From NCBI GenBank assembly GCA_963847445.1, contig CAWJZV010000034.1, forward strand, positions 160,001 to 224,000: a stretch of DNA of 64,000 bases. Reading direction: 5' to 3'. The DNA is from an uncultured delta proteobacterium. Its GTDB lineage: Bacteria; Desulfobacterota; Binatia; UBA9968. A model generated the notes under the pieces. The model had not been told where the DNA came from, made no database searches, and worked only from the letters and a program-made list of their open reading frames with translations. Positions 1-10,495 of the stretch are shown piece after piece. The first letter of the stretch is position 1. Every line of letters starts with the position of its first letter. A program made the translations under genes and the position numbers.

Positions 1-382
1 CCTGGGTGAAGGGAACCACCACATCGTAGTCTGAGATCTGCGCCACGAGATGAGCGATCAAGCGCAGATTCAGGAATGGAGCGTCGCAGGAAGTGACAAA
101 ACAAATTTCTCGGCGCGCGGCTTTAAGGCCATAATAGATACCGCCGACGGGGCCCTGATACGCGACATCGTCGCGCACGATCGTCGATGGCAGCGCCGGC
201 AGCTCCTGGTCGGCAGCGGCGACCACTACGGTGTCGCTAAACAATCGGCCAAGTCGGCGAACCATGTGAACGATCAACGGCTCGCCGGCAAAGCGCAAAA
301 GCGCTTTCGGTTGACCCATGCGCGAGCTTTTGCCGCCGGCCAGGATGACCGCTGTCGCTTCTTCTGCCCGCGTCTGGTTCAT
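1..382 (-). CDS. mobA: Molybdenum cofactor guanylyltransferase (runs off window edge)
   Basis: Manual translation MNQTRAEEATAVILAGGKSSRMGQPKALLRF...RDDVAYQGPVGGIYYGL...FVTSCDAPFL has the LAGG-SSRMG-K, GP-xG and CDxP motifs; divergent from moeA; absent from the ORF track. Confidence 0.9.
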   Translation of the reverse strand, partial: MNQTRAEEATAVILAGGKSSRMGQPKALLRFAGEPLIVHMVRRLGRLFSDTVVVAAADQELPALPSTIVRDDVAYQGPVGGIYYGLKAARREICFVTSCDAPFLNLRLIAHLVAQISDYDVVVPFTQ

Positions 383-497
383 TAACGACACATCTATCCC
401 AGGCACGGTAAGATTTAAAGATATATTCATTTCACGCAATCAGCGCCGAATCGAAGACACTAGGGTACTATCCCGGCGCAGCCGCAACCAAAGGGGA

Positions 498-595
498 AAG
501 AGTTTTTCACCACGAAGGCACGAAGGACACGAAGGATTCAGATGACCAAGACTCCGAACTTCGTGATCTTCGTGTCCTTCGTGGTGAACACTCTT
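498..595. repeat. Palindromic intergenic element with ~9-nt periodic arms (CACGAAGG(A/C))
   Basis: aagagtttttcaccacgaaggcacgaaggacacgaagg ... cttcgtgatcttcgtgtccttcgtggtgaacactctt; a half copy ccttggtggtgaaaaactctt lies at 63716-63736. Confidence 0.8.
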
Positions 596-643
596 GTGCG
601 CAGGAAGTAGCGAGCAGCAGCGCTTTAACTTGCGTTCACAAAA

Positions 644-1912
644 GTGTTTCTATATAAGCCGCCATGTGGAGGGTATCTGAAAGATTTTTTTAAAGTTGAG
701 ACGCCGCAGGAGGCGCGACGCATTCTTCTCGAGGTGCGTCCAGTGGGGACGGAAACAGTGGCGACCGTTCGCGCCAGGAGTCGGGTTCTGGCCGAAGATC
801 TCTTCTCTCAGGTGGATCTGCCGCATTTCCACCGCGCGGCGATGGACGGTTACGCGGTTAAAGCGAAAGATACTTTTGGCGCGAGTCAAAGCCTACCGGC
901 TTATTTAAAATTGGCCGGCGTCGTCGAGATGGGCAAAGAGGCGACTCAGGCGCTCAACAAAGGCGAAGCGATGCGCATTTCCACTGGTGGCATGATGCCG
1001 CCGGACGCCGACGCCGTGGTGATGGTTGAGTATACCGACGAGACCGACGGCGGCTTGGTGGAAATTCATCGCGCCGTGTCGCCTGGGCAAAACGTCATTC
1101 AAATCGGCGACGATATCAAAAAAGGCGAGCCGGTGTTTTCTCAAGGACGGCGGCTGCGCGGCCATGATTTGGGCGCGCTTACCGGCGTCGGCATTGCATC
1201 GATTGCAGTTTATCGGCGGCCGCGTGTCGCGCTGATCTCCACCGGCGACGAGATTGTCGATGCGGAAATTGACCCGCAGCCGGGGCAGGTGCGTAACATC
1301 AACCAGCATTCGTTGGCCGGTTTGATCGAAGAAGCTGGTGGCGAACTCAAAGATTGGGGCGTGATCCGCGACGATCGCGCGCAGTTGACCGCGGCGATCG
1401 GTGCAGCACTCGATTGGGCGGACGTCGTGCTGCTTTCGGGCGGCAGCTCCATGGGCGCCAAGGACATCGCCTTGGAAACGATCCTGTCGTTTCCCGATTC
1501 GCAATTTATTTTCCATGGCATCTCCATCGCGCCAGGCAAGCCGACGATCTTCGCCAAAGCATGCGGCAAGCCGATCCTCGGATTGCCGGGCTATCCGGTT
1601 TCCGCTCTGGTGATCTTCGATCTGTTCGGCGCACCGATGCTGCGCCGCTTGGGCGGCGAAAGCCTCGACGCGCTGCAGCGTTTTAGCCGAACCGTGCGGG
1701 CAAAATTGACAACCAACATCTCGTCGCAATTAGGGCGCGAAGACTACGTCCGTGTGGTTATGCAAGGCGAAGGTACGGGCTTTGTCGCGACGCCGTTACC
1801 AAGTAAATCCGGCGCGATTTTCACTCTGGTCAAGGCCGACGGCATGGTGCGCATCGGCATGAATCAAGATGGCCTCGAACAGGGCGAAGAAGTGGATGTG
1901 ATCCTGTTCTAA
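644..1912 (+). CDS. moeA: Molybdopterin molybdotransferase MoeA (gephyrin-like)
   Basis: AMDGYAV, ISTGG, ISTGDE, SGGSS, PGKPT and GLPGYPVS motifs; true start may be near 677 (KDFFKV, GGAGGG just upstream). Confidence 0.93.
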   Translation: MFLYKPPCGGYLKDFFKVETPQEARRILLEVRPVGTETVATVRARSRVLAEDLFSQVDLPHFHRAAMDGYAVKAKDTFGASQSLPAYLKLAGVVEMGKEATQALNKGEAMRISTGGMMPPDADAVVMVEYTDETDGGLVEIHRAVSPGQNVIQIGDDIKKGEPVFSQGRRLRGHDLGALTGVGIASIAVYRRPRVALISTGDEIVDAEIDPQPGQVRNINQHSLAGLIEEAGGELKDWGVIRDDRAQLTAAIGAALDWADVVLLSGGSSMGAKDIALETILSFPDSQFIFHGISIAPGKPTIFAKACGKPILGLPGYPVSALVIFDLFGAPMLRRLGGESLDALQRFSRTVRAKLTTNISSQLGREDYVRVVMQGEGTGFVATPLPSKSGAIFTLVKADGMVRIGMNQDGLEQGEEVDVILF

Positions 1913-1962
1913 CGATCGGCGCCAGCACCGAGAATAGAGACTGCGAACTAACAAATGGGCAT

Positions 1963-3898
1963 ATGGCGCGTAAGAGATATTTAAAGAAAACGCCGCTCAG
2001 CGAAGCGCGCGAGCTATTTTTGTCGACGGTCAACCCGGCGGCGTTAGCGATCGAAGAGATTGCCATCGACGACGCTCTCGACCGGATTACCGCCGAGCCA
2101 GTGTTCGCCAAGATCTCCTCGCCGCATTATCATGCCTCGGCGATGGATGGGATCTGCGTGCGCGCGGAAGAGACCTTCGGCGCGACGGAGTTCGTCGGCA
2201 AGAAACTCACACTGACCGATTCCGATTCTCCTCGCGCCGATGCTTTTCGCTACGTCGATACCGGTAACGCGCTGCCGGCCTGGGCCAACGCCGTCATCAT
2301 GATCGAGAAAGTGCACCAGGTCGATGCGACACACCATCGAGATTTTCGAATCGGTGGCGCCGTGGAATCATGTGCGCTTGGTCGGTGAAGATGTCGTCGC
2401 CACCGAGCTGCTGTTGCCCCGTTCCCATCGGCTGCGCCCCTACGATTTGGGCGCGTTGTTGGCGGCTGGTCATACGACGGTGCGGGTCAAGGCGCGGCCT
2501 CGGGTTGGCATCATTCCCACCGGGGATGAACTGATTCAACCTGGCGAGGAAGCCACGCCAGGCGCGGTGATCGATTTCAATTCGACGGTGCTGGCGGCTT
2601 TCGTCCGCGAATGGGGCGGTATGCCGGTCCGGTATTCGCGCGCCCGCGACGATGAGCAGTTGCTGCGGGCGGCGCTCGAGCGCGCCGGTCGCAGAGTGCG
2701 ATCTGGTGACGATCATCGCCGGCTCCTCGGCGGGGGAGCATGATCTCACTGCCGATGTGGTGGCCGCCGCCGGCGAATTGCTCGCCCATGGCATCGACGT
2801 GATGCCGGGCAAGCCGGCCGTGCTCGGTTCTCTCAATGGCAAGCCGGTGCTCGGCGTGCCGGGTTACCCGGTGTCGGCGATCGTCATTGCCCGCGAAATT
2901 CTCCGTCCGGCCTTGGAAAAGTTTCTTAGCAATGTCCCGTCGATGTTGCCGACGGTGCGCGCCATCGTGCCGAAAAAAATCGCCTCTCATTTAGGTTTGG
3001 AAGAGTTCATTCGCGTGACGTTGGGCCGGGTCGGCGAGAAACTGGTCGCCGTGCCTTTGGCGCGCGGCGCCGGGGTGATCACAACCATGGTGCATGCCGA
3101 CGGTTTGATGCGCATCGCCAGTTTGGTCGAAGGGCTCAACGCCGGTGAAAATGCCGAGGTGGAACTGTTGCGGCCGATGGTGGATATCGAAAATACCATA
3201 CTCTGCACCGGCAGCCATGACTTGGCGATTGGCGTGCTCGAAGACCAACTTAAACTGCGCCATGCGGAGTTGAAAATTGCCGCCGACTAACGTTGGCAGC
3301 TTGGGCGGCCTGCTCGCCATGCAGCGCGGTGAGACCCATATCGCCGGCACTCATCTGCTCGATCCCGCCAGTGGCGTCTACAACATTCCGGATATTCAGC
3401 GGGCGATTCCCAATGTTCCGGTCGTCCTGGTTCATCTGGCGCAGCGCGAGCAGGGCATCTCGTCAGCCGCGGCAATCCGAAAGCGCTGCGCGGCCTGGAG
3501 GATCTTGCGCGTCACGATATACGCTTCGTCAATCGCCAGCCGGGCTCGGGCACGCGAGTTTTGTTGGATTACCAGCTCAAGAAACTAGGGCTCGATGGCG
3601 CGGCGATCGCCGGTTACGAGCGCGAAGAGTTCACCCATATGGCGGTCGGCGTGGCGGTGGCGAGCGGCCTAGCCGATGCCGGTCTGGGCGTGCGCGCCGC
3701 GGCCCAGGCGTTGGGCCTCGACTTCATTCCAGTCGCCAACGAACAATATGATTTGCTCATCGAGCGGCGATTTTTCGAATCTGCCGCGCGGTGAGTTGCT
3801 GCTGGCGACGATCTGCTTCTGGCGGCTTCAAGGGCGCGGTCTGCGCTTTGGGCGGCTACGACACCACCAACGCTGGTGCGCTACTCTACCGCCAGTGA
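1963..3898 (+). CDS. moeA: MoeA fused to C-terminal PBP (LysR/molybdate-binding-like) domain, several frameshifts
   Basis: Fragments give SAMDG, VDTGN, IPTGDEL, PGKP, GYPVSA, then GSHDL, VGSLGGL, AGTHLLD, NRQPGSGTR and THMAV; frame switches near 2330, 2690, 3285, 3460 and 3790. Confidence 0.85.
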
Positions 3899-4175
3899 TG
3901 CTTCCTCCATCGCTTTAAAGCTCTTTTCGCGACATCGCCGTTGTCATCGTTGCTCGGGTTTTCCGCTTGACTCATCCGGCGTACATCGCCGATGGGGTGA
4001 CATTGACCTCGTTCTTGGCCGGCAATGTGCTTCGCCGCGGCGCAGATTTGACCGCGCCGCCCGCTATTGGACCTCGCAGTATCGATTTGTTCAAATTTGT
4101 TGCCAAGGGTGCTAAATCGCACCATCGCTGCGCAATAAAATAGCTTAAATTACGACGAGCTTAGCGTTTCGTCGC

Positions 4176-4192
4176 CTGGCATTGCCATTGCG
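4176..4192 (+). promoter_or_regulatory. Putative sigma-54 (-24/-12) promoter
   Basis: cTGGCattgccaTTGCg with canonical 7-nt spacing, 23 nt upstream of the HTH gene start. Confidence 0.55.
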
Positions 4193-4214
4193 TTTATAGA
4201 CCAACGCGAAAGCT

Positions 4215-4412
4215 ATGGAAAGAACTAACGAATCCCTGCAGCTACTGACCCTTACCGAAGCGGCTCAGTTACTCCATGTCTCAACCAAGACTTTGCAACG
4301 CATGATTCGCAGCGGCGATTTGCCGGCACTCAAAGTCGGCGGCCAATGGCGCCTGCGGGAATGCCAGCTAATCAGTTGGATCCAAAGCCGCGAAGGTAAG
4401 TCACAGTCTTGA
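4215..4412 (+). CDS. Excisionase-like HTH_17 DNA-binding protein
   Basis: LLTLTEAAQLLHVSTKTLQRMIRSGDLPALKVGGQWR is a typical HTH_17 signature. Confidence 0.88.
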   Translation: MERTNESLQLLTLTEAAQLLHVSTKTLQRMIRSGDLPALKVGGQWRLRECQLISWIQSREGKSQS

Positions 4413-4495
4413 CCCGCGACACCATCTAACAGTTAGAGCGCCATGGGTGCCGCCAAAGTAGACCACTAGCGACCCGATCGGCAGCAGGACAAAAG

Positions 4496-7111
4496 TTGGC
4501 GAAGCTCCAGATTGAAAAAATCGTACAGTTGGCAACTGGGACGTATTTGCGCCGGCTGCGCCGGCGTTTGTTGCTGATGATCGCCATCGCCGTGGTGCCG
4601 GTTCTTGCGGTTATCTTGTACCAGGCGAAAGTTCACCGCGATGTGCAAATTCTTGAGGTCCATGAGGCGGCCTGGCGGCTTACCAATGTCATTGCGCTGC
4701 GTCAGTCGCAAGTCGTCGATGCGGCTAAGCAGTTACTGATTCTGTTGGCTCAGGTACCGGTGATCGCCAGAGGCGACCAGGGTGCGCTGTGGCGAGGTTG
4801 TGCGCGGATTCTTAGCGCAAAACCGAGCCTACTTGGATATTGGCGTATTTGAGCCAGCGGGAGCGACGCGCTGTCGCGCACGTGACTCCGGTTCCGCGAA
4901 TGACCTTGGCGCGCAGTTCGCTGCTGCGGCGAGTCTTGGCAACTAAAGACTTTGTCATCGGCGATCATCACGTGCTCGGCAACTGGCAGCGCCGGACGCT
5001 CACGTTCGCCTATCCGATTCTAGATGAAAACGAGCGCGGTCAGGGATGTCCTATTCGCGGCGTTAGACATGAAACAGATCGACCAGTTAACCGCCGAGAG
5101 TAACCTGCCGGCGGGCATGGCGCTGACGATCCTCGATAGTAATGGAACGATCCTGACGCGAGTTCCCGATCATGAAGAATGGGCCGGCAGGCAACTGCCC
5201 GATGCGCCGCTCTTGGAGCTGATGCAGCTGCGCCATCAAACCACCAAAGAGATCGCCGGTCTGGATGGGATCACACGGCTCTATGCGTTCAAAACCGTCG
5301 GCGACAGCCGCGAACGCGGCCAGCTCCATGTCATCGTCGGCGTGCCGAAGGCGATCGCCTACCGGGAAGCTGACCAGACGCTGCTGTGGAACCTGATTGG
5401 GATCGCGATGCTCACCGGAATCGCTAGCGGGGTGGCCTGGCTCGTCGGTAGTAGATCGGTCGTTGAATACCTGAAAAACCGCGGCGACATCGAAGACGCC
5501 CGAGCCAGGTTGGGCGCCATCGTCGAGTCTTCTGAAGACGGCATCGTCGGCATGACCCTCGATGGCGAGATCACCACTTGGAACAGCGGCGCCGAACAGA
5601 TGTATGGCTACGATGCCGCGAGCATCATCGGCCAGAATATCGCGGTGCTGACACCGCTGGAGCACCGTGACGAGATCCCTGAACTGATGCAGATCGTGAG
5701 CTTGGGTAAGGGCATCAATCGTTACGAAAGCGAACGCATCTGTAAGGATGGCCGGCGCATTGCCGTGTCCGCTTCCCTATCACCGATACGCGATTCGCAG
5801 GGAAGTATACGCGGCGCCGCGACCATCACCCGCGACATTACGCTGCTGCGCAAAGGTGAAGAACAAATGGCGATACACAACCGCCAGTTGGAAACCCTTC
5901 AGACGGTGGCTCAAGAAATCACCGAATCCCTGTCCTTGGCGGAAACCATGCCGCAGACGCTTGAGACGCTGGTCGCGCTGGTGCCCTGCGATCATGCGAT
6001 AGTTTATTTGATCGGCGCCGATGGCGCGGTTAATTCGTTCTCGGCGAGCCGCGGGGCTGGGGCTAAAGCGCTCCATGGTGGATTGGCCGATGATATGGCA
6101 GCGGCCGCAACCCAATGCACCGGCGAGTGGTTCGTCGAAGATGTGACTACGGTGCCGGAACTCGCAGCCTTGTGGCCGCAATATGGAGTTAGAGCGACGG
6201 CGATTTTACCGATGACGCGCAAAGACGGGGGCCGGACCACCTTGGTTGTGCTCGACAGTTCCGCCCATTCGTTCGGTGTCGACGATACCCAATTTCTCAA
6301 GGCGTTGGCCCGGCAGATCGCCCTCGGCGTCGAGAATGGCCAGCTCTACAAGTCTTCACTCACCCTGATTGACAACTTGGCGGGCGAAATCGAAGAGCGT
6401 AAAAAGGCCGAAAAGCAGCTGGCCGACTTCAATGCCATGGTGGTTCACGATCTCCGTTCGCCGCTTGCCAACATCGTCTCGATGGCGGAGTCGGTGAAGG
6501 AAGGGTTGTTCGGCGACGTCAACGAGTTGCAACGGAATTGGCTAGGTAAGATCGAAAACAACTGCCGCGGCCTGATCGATCAGGTGAGCGATTTTCTGGA
6601 TTTTTCGCGCATCGATGCCGGCAAACTGGTGCTCAAACGCGAACGGGCAAGTATCGGTTCGCAAATTCACGAGATCTTGGCGCAACACTCCATCGAAGCC
6701 AAGAAGCGCGATATTACACTAACCGCGCGGATCGACGAGCGCCTGCCGGTACTCTGGGCGGATTCGCGCCGTGTCGGACAAGTGCTGACGAACTTAATGA
6801 GCAACGCCCTCAAGTTTACTGACAACGGTGGAGCCGTCGAGGTGTCCGCATGGGCGAGCGATACTGCGATCGTCGTCTCGGTGCGCGACACCGGCGTCGG
6901 CATAGCGGCCGATGATCTCGGTGATATATTTCAAATGTATGGCCAGGGGGCGAGCAGTGACAAGAGCCAGCGTCGCAGCACCGGTATCGGGCTGGTGATT
7001 TGCAAGAAGATTATCGAAGCCCATGGCGGGCGCATCTGGGTCGAGAGCGAAGTCGGCAGGGGCAGCAGCTTTTATTTTTCCTTGCCGGCACAGGGCGAAA
7101 AAGATGAGTAG
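4496..7111 (+). CDS. Membrane sensor histidine kinase (TM-Cache-TM-PAS-GAF-HisKA-HATPase), N-terminus frameshifted
   Basis: TM segment and Cache-like region split over frames 4496-5040; PAS (IVESSEDGI...WNSGAEQMYGY), GAF, H-box VVHDLRSPL, N-box NLMSNALKFT, DTGVGI, GIGL. Confidence 0.88.
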
Positions 7112-7112
7112 C

Positions 7113-8666
7113 TTATACCGGCATGAGCCCATGTTTTTTACGTGGCCGCTGTTCTTTTTTATGACGTAAGATTTCCAGCGATTGAATCAGCCGCTTGCGG
7201 GTATCGGCAGGCCTGATCGCGGCCTGGGCGAACTGTTTGGACAGCGCTTCGAAGGGGCCGCTGAAGCGCTCCAGATATTCAGCGAGTTTTTCCGTCCGGG
7301 TTTTTGCCGGATCGGCCGACTGGTCGATTTCTTTCTTGTAGAGCACGTTCACCGCACCGCCGCCGCCCATGACCGCGAGTTCCACGCCGGGCCAAACGAA
7401 TAATTGATCGGCACCCATCTCCCGCGTACACAGCGCCTGTTTGGCGCCGCCGTAGCCTTTGCGCAGCACGATGGTGATTTTCGGCACGGTCGCTTCGGCG
7501 TAGGCGTAAAGCATCTTGGCGCCGTGGCGAATGATGCCTTTTTCTTCCTGCTGTTTGCCGGGAAAGAAACCCGGGACATCCATCAAGGTAATCACCGGGA
7601 TATTGAAGGCATCGCAGAAGCGGATAAAGCGCGCCGCCTTGTCCGAGGCGTCGACATCCAGGCTGCCGGCGAGAAACATCGGTTGATTGGCGACGAAGCC
7701 CGCCGGATAGCCGTCGAGGCGGCCGAAGCCGATGACCAGATTGCGCGCGAACTTGGCTTTCAATTCGAAAAAATCGCCGTCATCGACGATGGCTTTGATC
7801 ACCTGGACGATGTTGTAGGCGCGCTTCATGTCTTCGGGCACGAGCTTTTCTAAGTTATCGAGCATGCGGCCGGGATCGTCGGTGGTTATTTTGCGCGGTG
7901 GTTTTTCCTCGAAACTCGGCGGCAGGAAACCGACCAGCCGGCGAATCATCGCCAAACATTCCTCATCGTTTTTCGCCACCAAGTCGGTGACGCCGGAAAT
8001 CTCCGAGTGAATTTTGGCGCCGCCCAACTCTTCCATGGTGACGGTTTCGCCCAACACCTCCTTGATCACCGCCGGGCCGGTAATGAACATTTGACCGGAG
8101 TTTTGCACTTGCAAAATCACATCGGTGAGCGCCGGCGAATAGGAGCCGACACCGATGCAGGGACCCATGATCGCGGAGATCTGCGGGATGCAGCCGGAGG
8201 CGATGCTGTTCTCAAAAAATATTTTGCCGATGGCGGAGGTGACGCTAAGCCCTTCCTGAATGCGCGCGCCGGCGGAGTCGTTGAGGCCGATCACCGGCAC
8301 GCCGACTTTGCGCGCGGTCTGAATCACGTAAGCGATTTTCTCCGCGTGGGCGGCGCCCACGCTGCCCGCCATTATCGAGCGATCCTGGGAATAAACATAA
8401 ACCGGCCGGCCGTCGATCTTGCCGAAACCGGTGACGACACCGTCGGAGGGTTGCTTGCGCTCGGCCATGCCGAAGTCCAGGCACGGCGTCTCCGCGAGCA
8501 TGAATTCTTCGACGAAGGTGCCGGGGTCCAACAGTTTGTCGATGCGCTCACGGGCGGTGAGATTGCCTTGCTCGTGTAACTTGGCCGTGGTCTTGGGATC
8601 GCCGGCGGCAACCTTTTGTTCCAGACCGGCGAGTTTTTTTTCTAGCTCTGCGCGTGATTTTGCCAT
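7113..8666 (-). CDS. mmdA: Acyl-CoA carboxyltransferase subunit (methylmalonyl-CoA decarboxylase alpha / PccB-like)
   Basis: LTARERIDKLLDPG, DGVVTG, NDSAGARIQEG, FIRFCDAFNIP, DVPGF, KKHG motifs; operonic with a decarboxylase beta subunit. Confidence 0.85.
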   Translation of the reverse strand: MAKSRAELEKKLAGLEQKVAAGDPKTTAKLHEQGNLTARERIDKLLDPGTFVEEFMLAETPCLDFGMAERKQPSDGVVTGFGKIDGRPVYVYSQDRSIMAGSVGAAHAEKIAYVIQTARKVGVPVIGLNDSAGARIQEGLSVTSAIGKIFFENSIASGCIPQISAIMGPCIGVGSYSPALTDVILQVQNSGQMFITGPAVIKEVLGETVTMEELGGAKIHSEISGVTDLVAKNDEECLAMIRRLVGFLPPSFEEKPPRKITTDDPGRMLDNLEKLVPEDMKRAYNIVQVIKAIVDDGDFFELKAKFARNLVIGFGRLDGYPAGFVANQPMFLAGSLDVDASDKAARFIRFCDAFNIPVITLMDVPGFFPGKQQEEKGIIRHGAKMLYAYAEATVPKITIVLRKGYGGAKQALCTREMGADQLFVWPGVELAVMGGGGAVNVLYKKEIDQSADPAKTRTEKLAEYLERFSGPFEALSKQFAQAAIRPADTRKRLIQSLEILRHKKEQRPRKKHGLMPV

Positions 8667-8679
8667 GGGCGCCGCCTAA

Positions 8680-9828
8680 TCATCCACCGACAATTCCCAT
8701 TCCTTGCAATACCGAGAGCATGACCGCCGCGGCGATTACCGAGCCAATCTGGCCGCCGGCGTTGGCACTCATGGCATGCATCAACAGATAACTTTTCTTA
8801 TTATATTTCTGACCTTCGGCTTGGACGACGCGGGCCGCCATCGGAAATGCTGAAATGCCCGCGGCGCCGATCAGCGGGTTAACTTTGCCGCCGGTCATTG
8901 AGCACATCAACTTGCCGAACAGGAGTCCGACAACGGTGTCCAAGCTGATGGCGATAAACCCGAGGCCCAAGATCAACAGCGTTTGTGCTTTCAAAAATTT
9001 ATCCGCTTCCATGGTGGCGCCGATGCACAGCCCGAGGAGCAAGGTAACGATATTGGCGATCTCGTTCTCCGAGGCGCTCTTGAGCCGCTCAACCACACCG
9101 CTTTCGCGCAATAGGTTGCCGAGCATGATCGTACCGATGAGTGGCGCACCTTTGGGCGCCAAGATCGAAGCGAAAATGGTTACGGCGATGGGAAAGACGA
9201 TTTTGGTGGTCTTCGAGATCGGTTCCAATTTGGCCGCGCCCATGACGATCTGCCGTTCCTTCTCAGTGGTGAGGGCGCGCATGATCGGCGGCTGGATCAA
9301 AGGCACCAAAGCCATGTACGAATATGCGGCGACCGATACTGCGCCGAGCATGTGCGGGGCGAACTTTGAGCTAACGTAAATCGCCGTCGGTCCGTCGCAT
9401 GCGCCGATAATGGCAACGGCGACGGCATCGAGTTTGTCGAACCCCAGAGCCAGAGCGAGCAGCAGGGTTAAAAAGATGCCGAACTGGCCGGCAGCACCGA
9501 GCAGAATAATTTTGGGATTCTGCAGCAAAGGCTGAAAATCGGTCATGGAGCCGATTCCGATAAAAATCAGCAACGGAAATACTTCTGTGAGCACGCCGGC
9601 ATCGTAGAAGAAGCGGAGAAAACCATCTTTGCCCATCATGTCGGCGAGCGGGATATTGACCAGGATAGCCCCGAAGCCGATGGGCACGAGTAGAAGCGGT
9701 TCATAGCCTTTTTTAATGCCGAGGTAGAGCAGCACCGAAGCGATGACGAGCATGACGATTTGCCAAATCGTGATGCTCACGACACCGGCAAATAGACCCT
9801 GGATGCCGGAAACTAGCGCAGATTCCAT
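8680..9828 (-). CDS. mmdB: Na+-translocating decarboxylase beta subunit (OadB/MmdB)
   Basis: YEPLLLVPIGFG, GAAGQFGIF, IIGACDGPTAIY, AYSYMALVP, NPLIGAAGISAFPMAAR. Confidence 0.93.
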   Translation of the reverse strand: MESALVSGIQGLFAGVVSITIWQIVMLVIASVLLYLGIKKGYEPLLLVPIGFGAILVNIPLADMMGKDGFLRFFYDAGVLTEVFPLLIFIGIGSMTDFQPLLQNPKIILLGAAGQFGIFLTLLLALALGFDKLDAVAVAIIGACDGPTAIYVSSKFAPHMLGAVSVAAYSYMALVPLIQPPIMRALTTEKERQIVMGAAKLEPISKTTKIVFPIAVTIFASILAPKGAPLIGTIMLGNLLRESGVVERLKSASENEIANIVTLLLGLCIGATMEADKFLKAQTLLILGLGFIAISLDTVVGLLFGKLMCSMTGGKVNPLIGAAGISAFPMAARVVQAEGQKYNKKSYLLMHAMSANAGGQIGSVIAAAVMLSVLQGMGIVGG

Positions 9829-9836
9829 TGACTGTG

Positions 9837-9983
9837 CTAACCTTTCTTCGCTGCCGATGGCTCGGCTTGATACGGGAAAATTTTTCTAATGAGCAGGATC
9901 ATGACGCTGATGAGCCAGAGGACCAACATGGTCCCGCCCATACCGATCAACGCCAGCGTCCAGCCGAACGTCCAGGTATCCAT
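9837..9983 (-). CDS. OadG/MmdD-type small membrane subunit (48 aa)
   Basis: MDTWTFGWTLALIGMGGTMLVLWLISVMILLIRKIFPYQAEPSAAKKG; AAGGAG RBS; lies between BCCP and beta subunit; absent from the ORF track. Confidence 0.8.
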   Translation of the reverse strand: MDTWTFGWTLALIGMGGTMLVLWLISVMILLIRKIFPYQAEPSAAKKG

Positions 9984-10034
9984 GAAATCTCCTTGTGGGA
10001 TTAGATCGCTGAGCTAACGGGATGCAATCTGCGA

Positions 10035-10250
10035 TTATTCGATGACCGCGAGAACTTGCTCGGCTTCGACGGCTTGGCCGGGAGAAACTTTGATTTCTTT
10101 GACGACGCCACCAGCGGGAGCCACGACGGGAATTTCCATCTTCATGGCTTCCATGACGATGACGATATCGTCTTCTTCGACGCGGTCGCCGACTTGCTTT
10201 TCTATCTTAAGGACCTTGCCCACCATCGGGGCTTCAATCGTTGTTGCCAA
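10035..10250 (-). CDS. Biotin carboxyl carrier protein
   Basis: IEAPMVGKV and EAMKME biotinylation motif; TTG start after AAAGGAG. Confidence 0.92.
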   Translation of the reverse strand: MATTIEAPMVGKVLKIEKQVGDRVEEDDIVIVMEAMKMEIPVVAPAGGVVKEIKVSPGQAVEAEQVLAVIE

Positions 10251-10495
10251 GCGAGATCTCCTTTATTGATTCGTAAATTGATTCGTACGCAGTCTCTAGT
10301 CGGCGTAATGGGGCGCCGACCGTAGCCGCCATTTAGTAGAGTTTCACCTTCAAAGTCAATGCTATAAACAGATTCGCCGTAGCGTCTGGCGACGCGCTCT
10401 GGGTGGCACGTCATCGCCGCGACGCGCCGGCCGTCACCTTGCTTTCGCCCGGTCGATACGATATTAACTCTGGCAAGTTTTTGCGGAGGAAATTT

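Noticed and set aside
4215-4412. Excisionase as evidence of a prophage
   Set aside because: No integrase or phage genes nearby; HTH_17 proteins are common stand-alone regulators
10471-10484. TGGC-N6-TTGC as a sigma-54 promoter for the cupin
   Set aside because: Spacing is one base short and the site abuts the RBS
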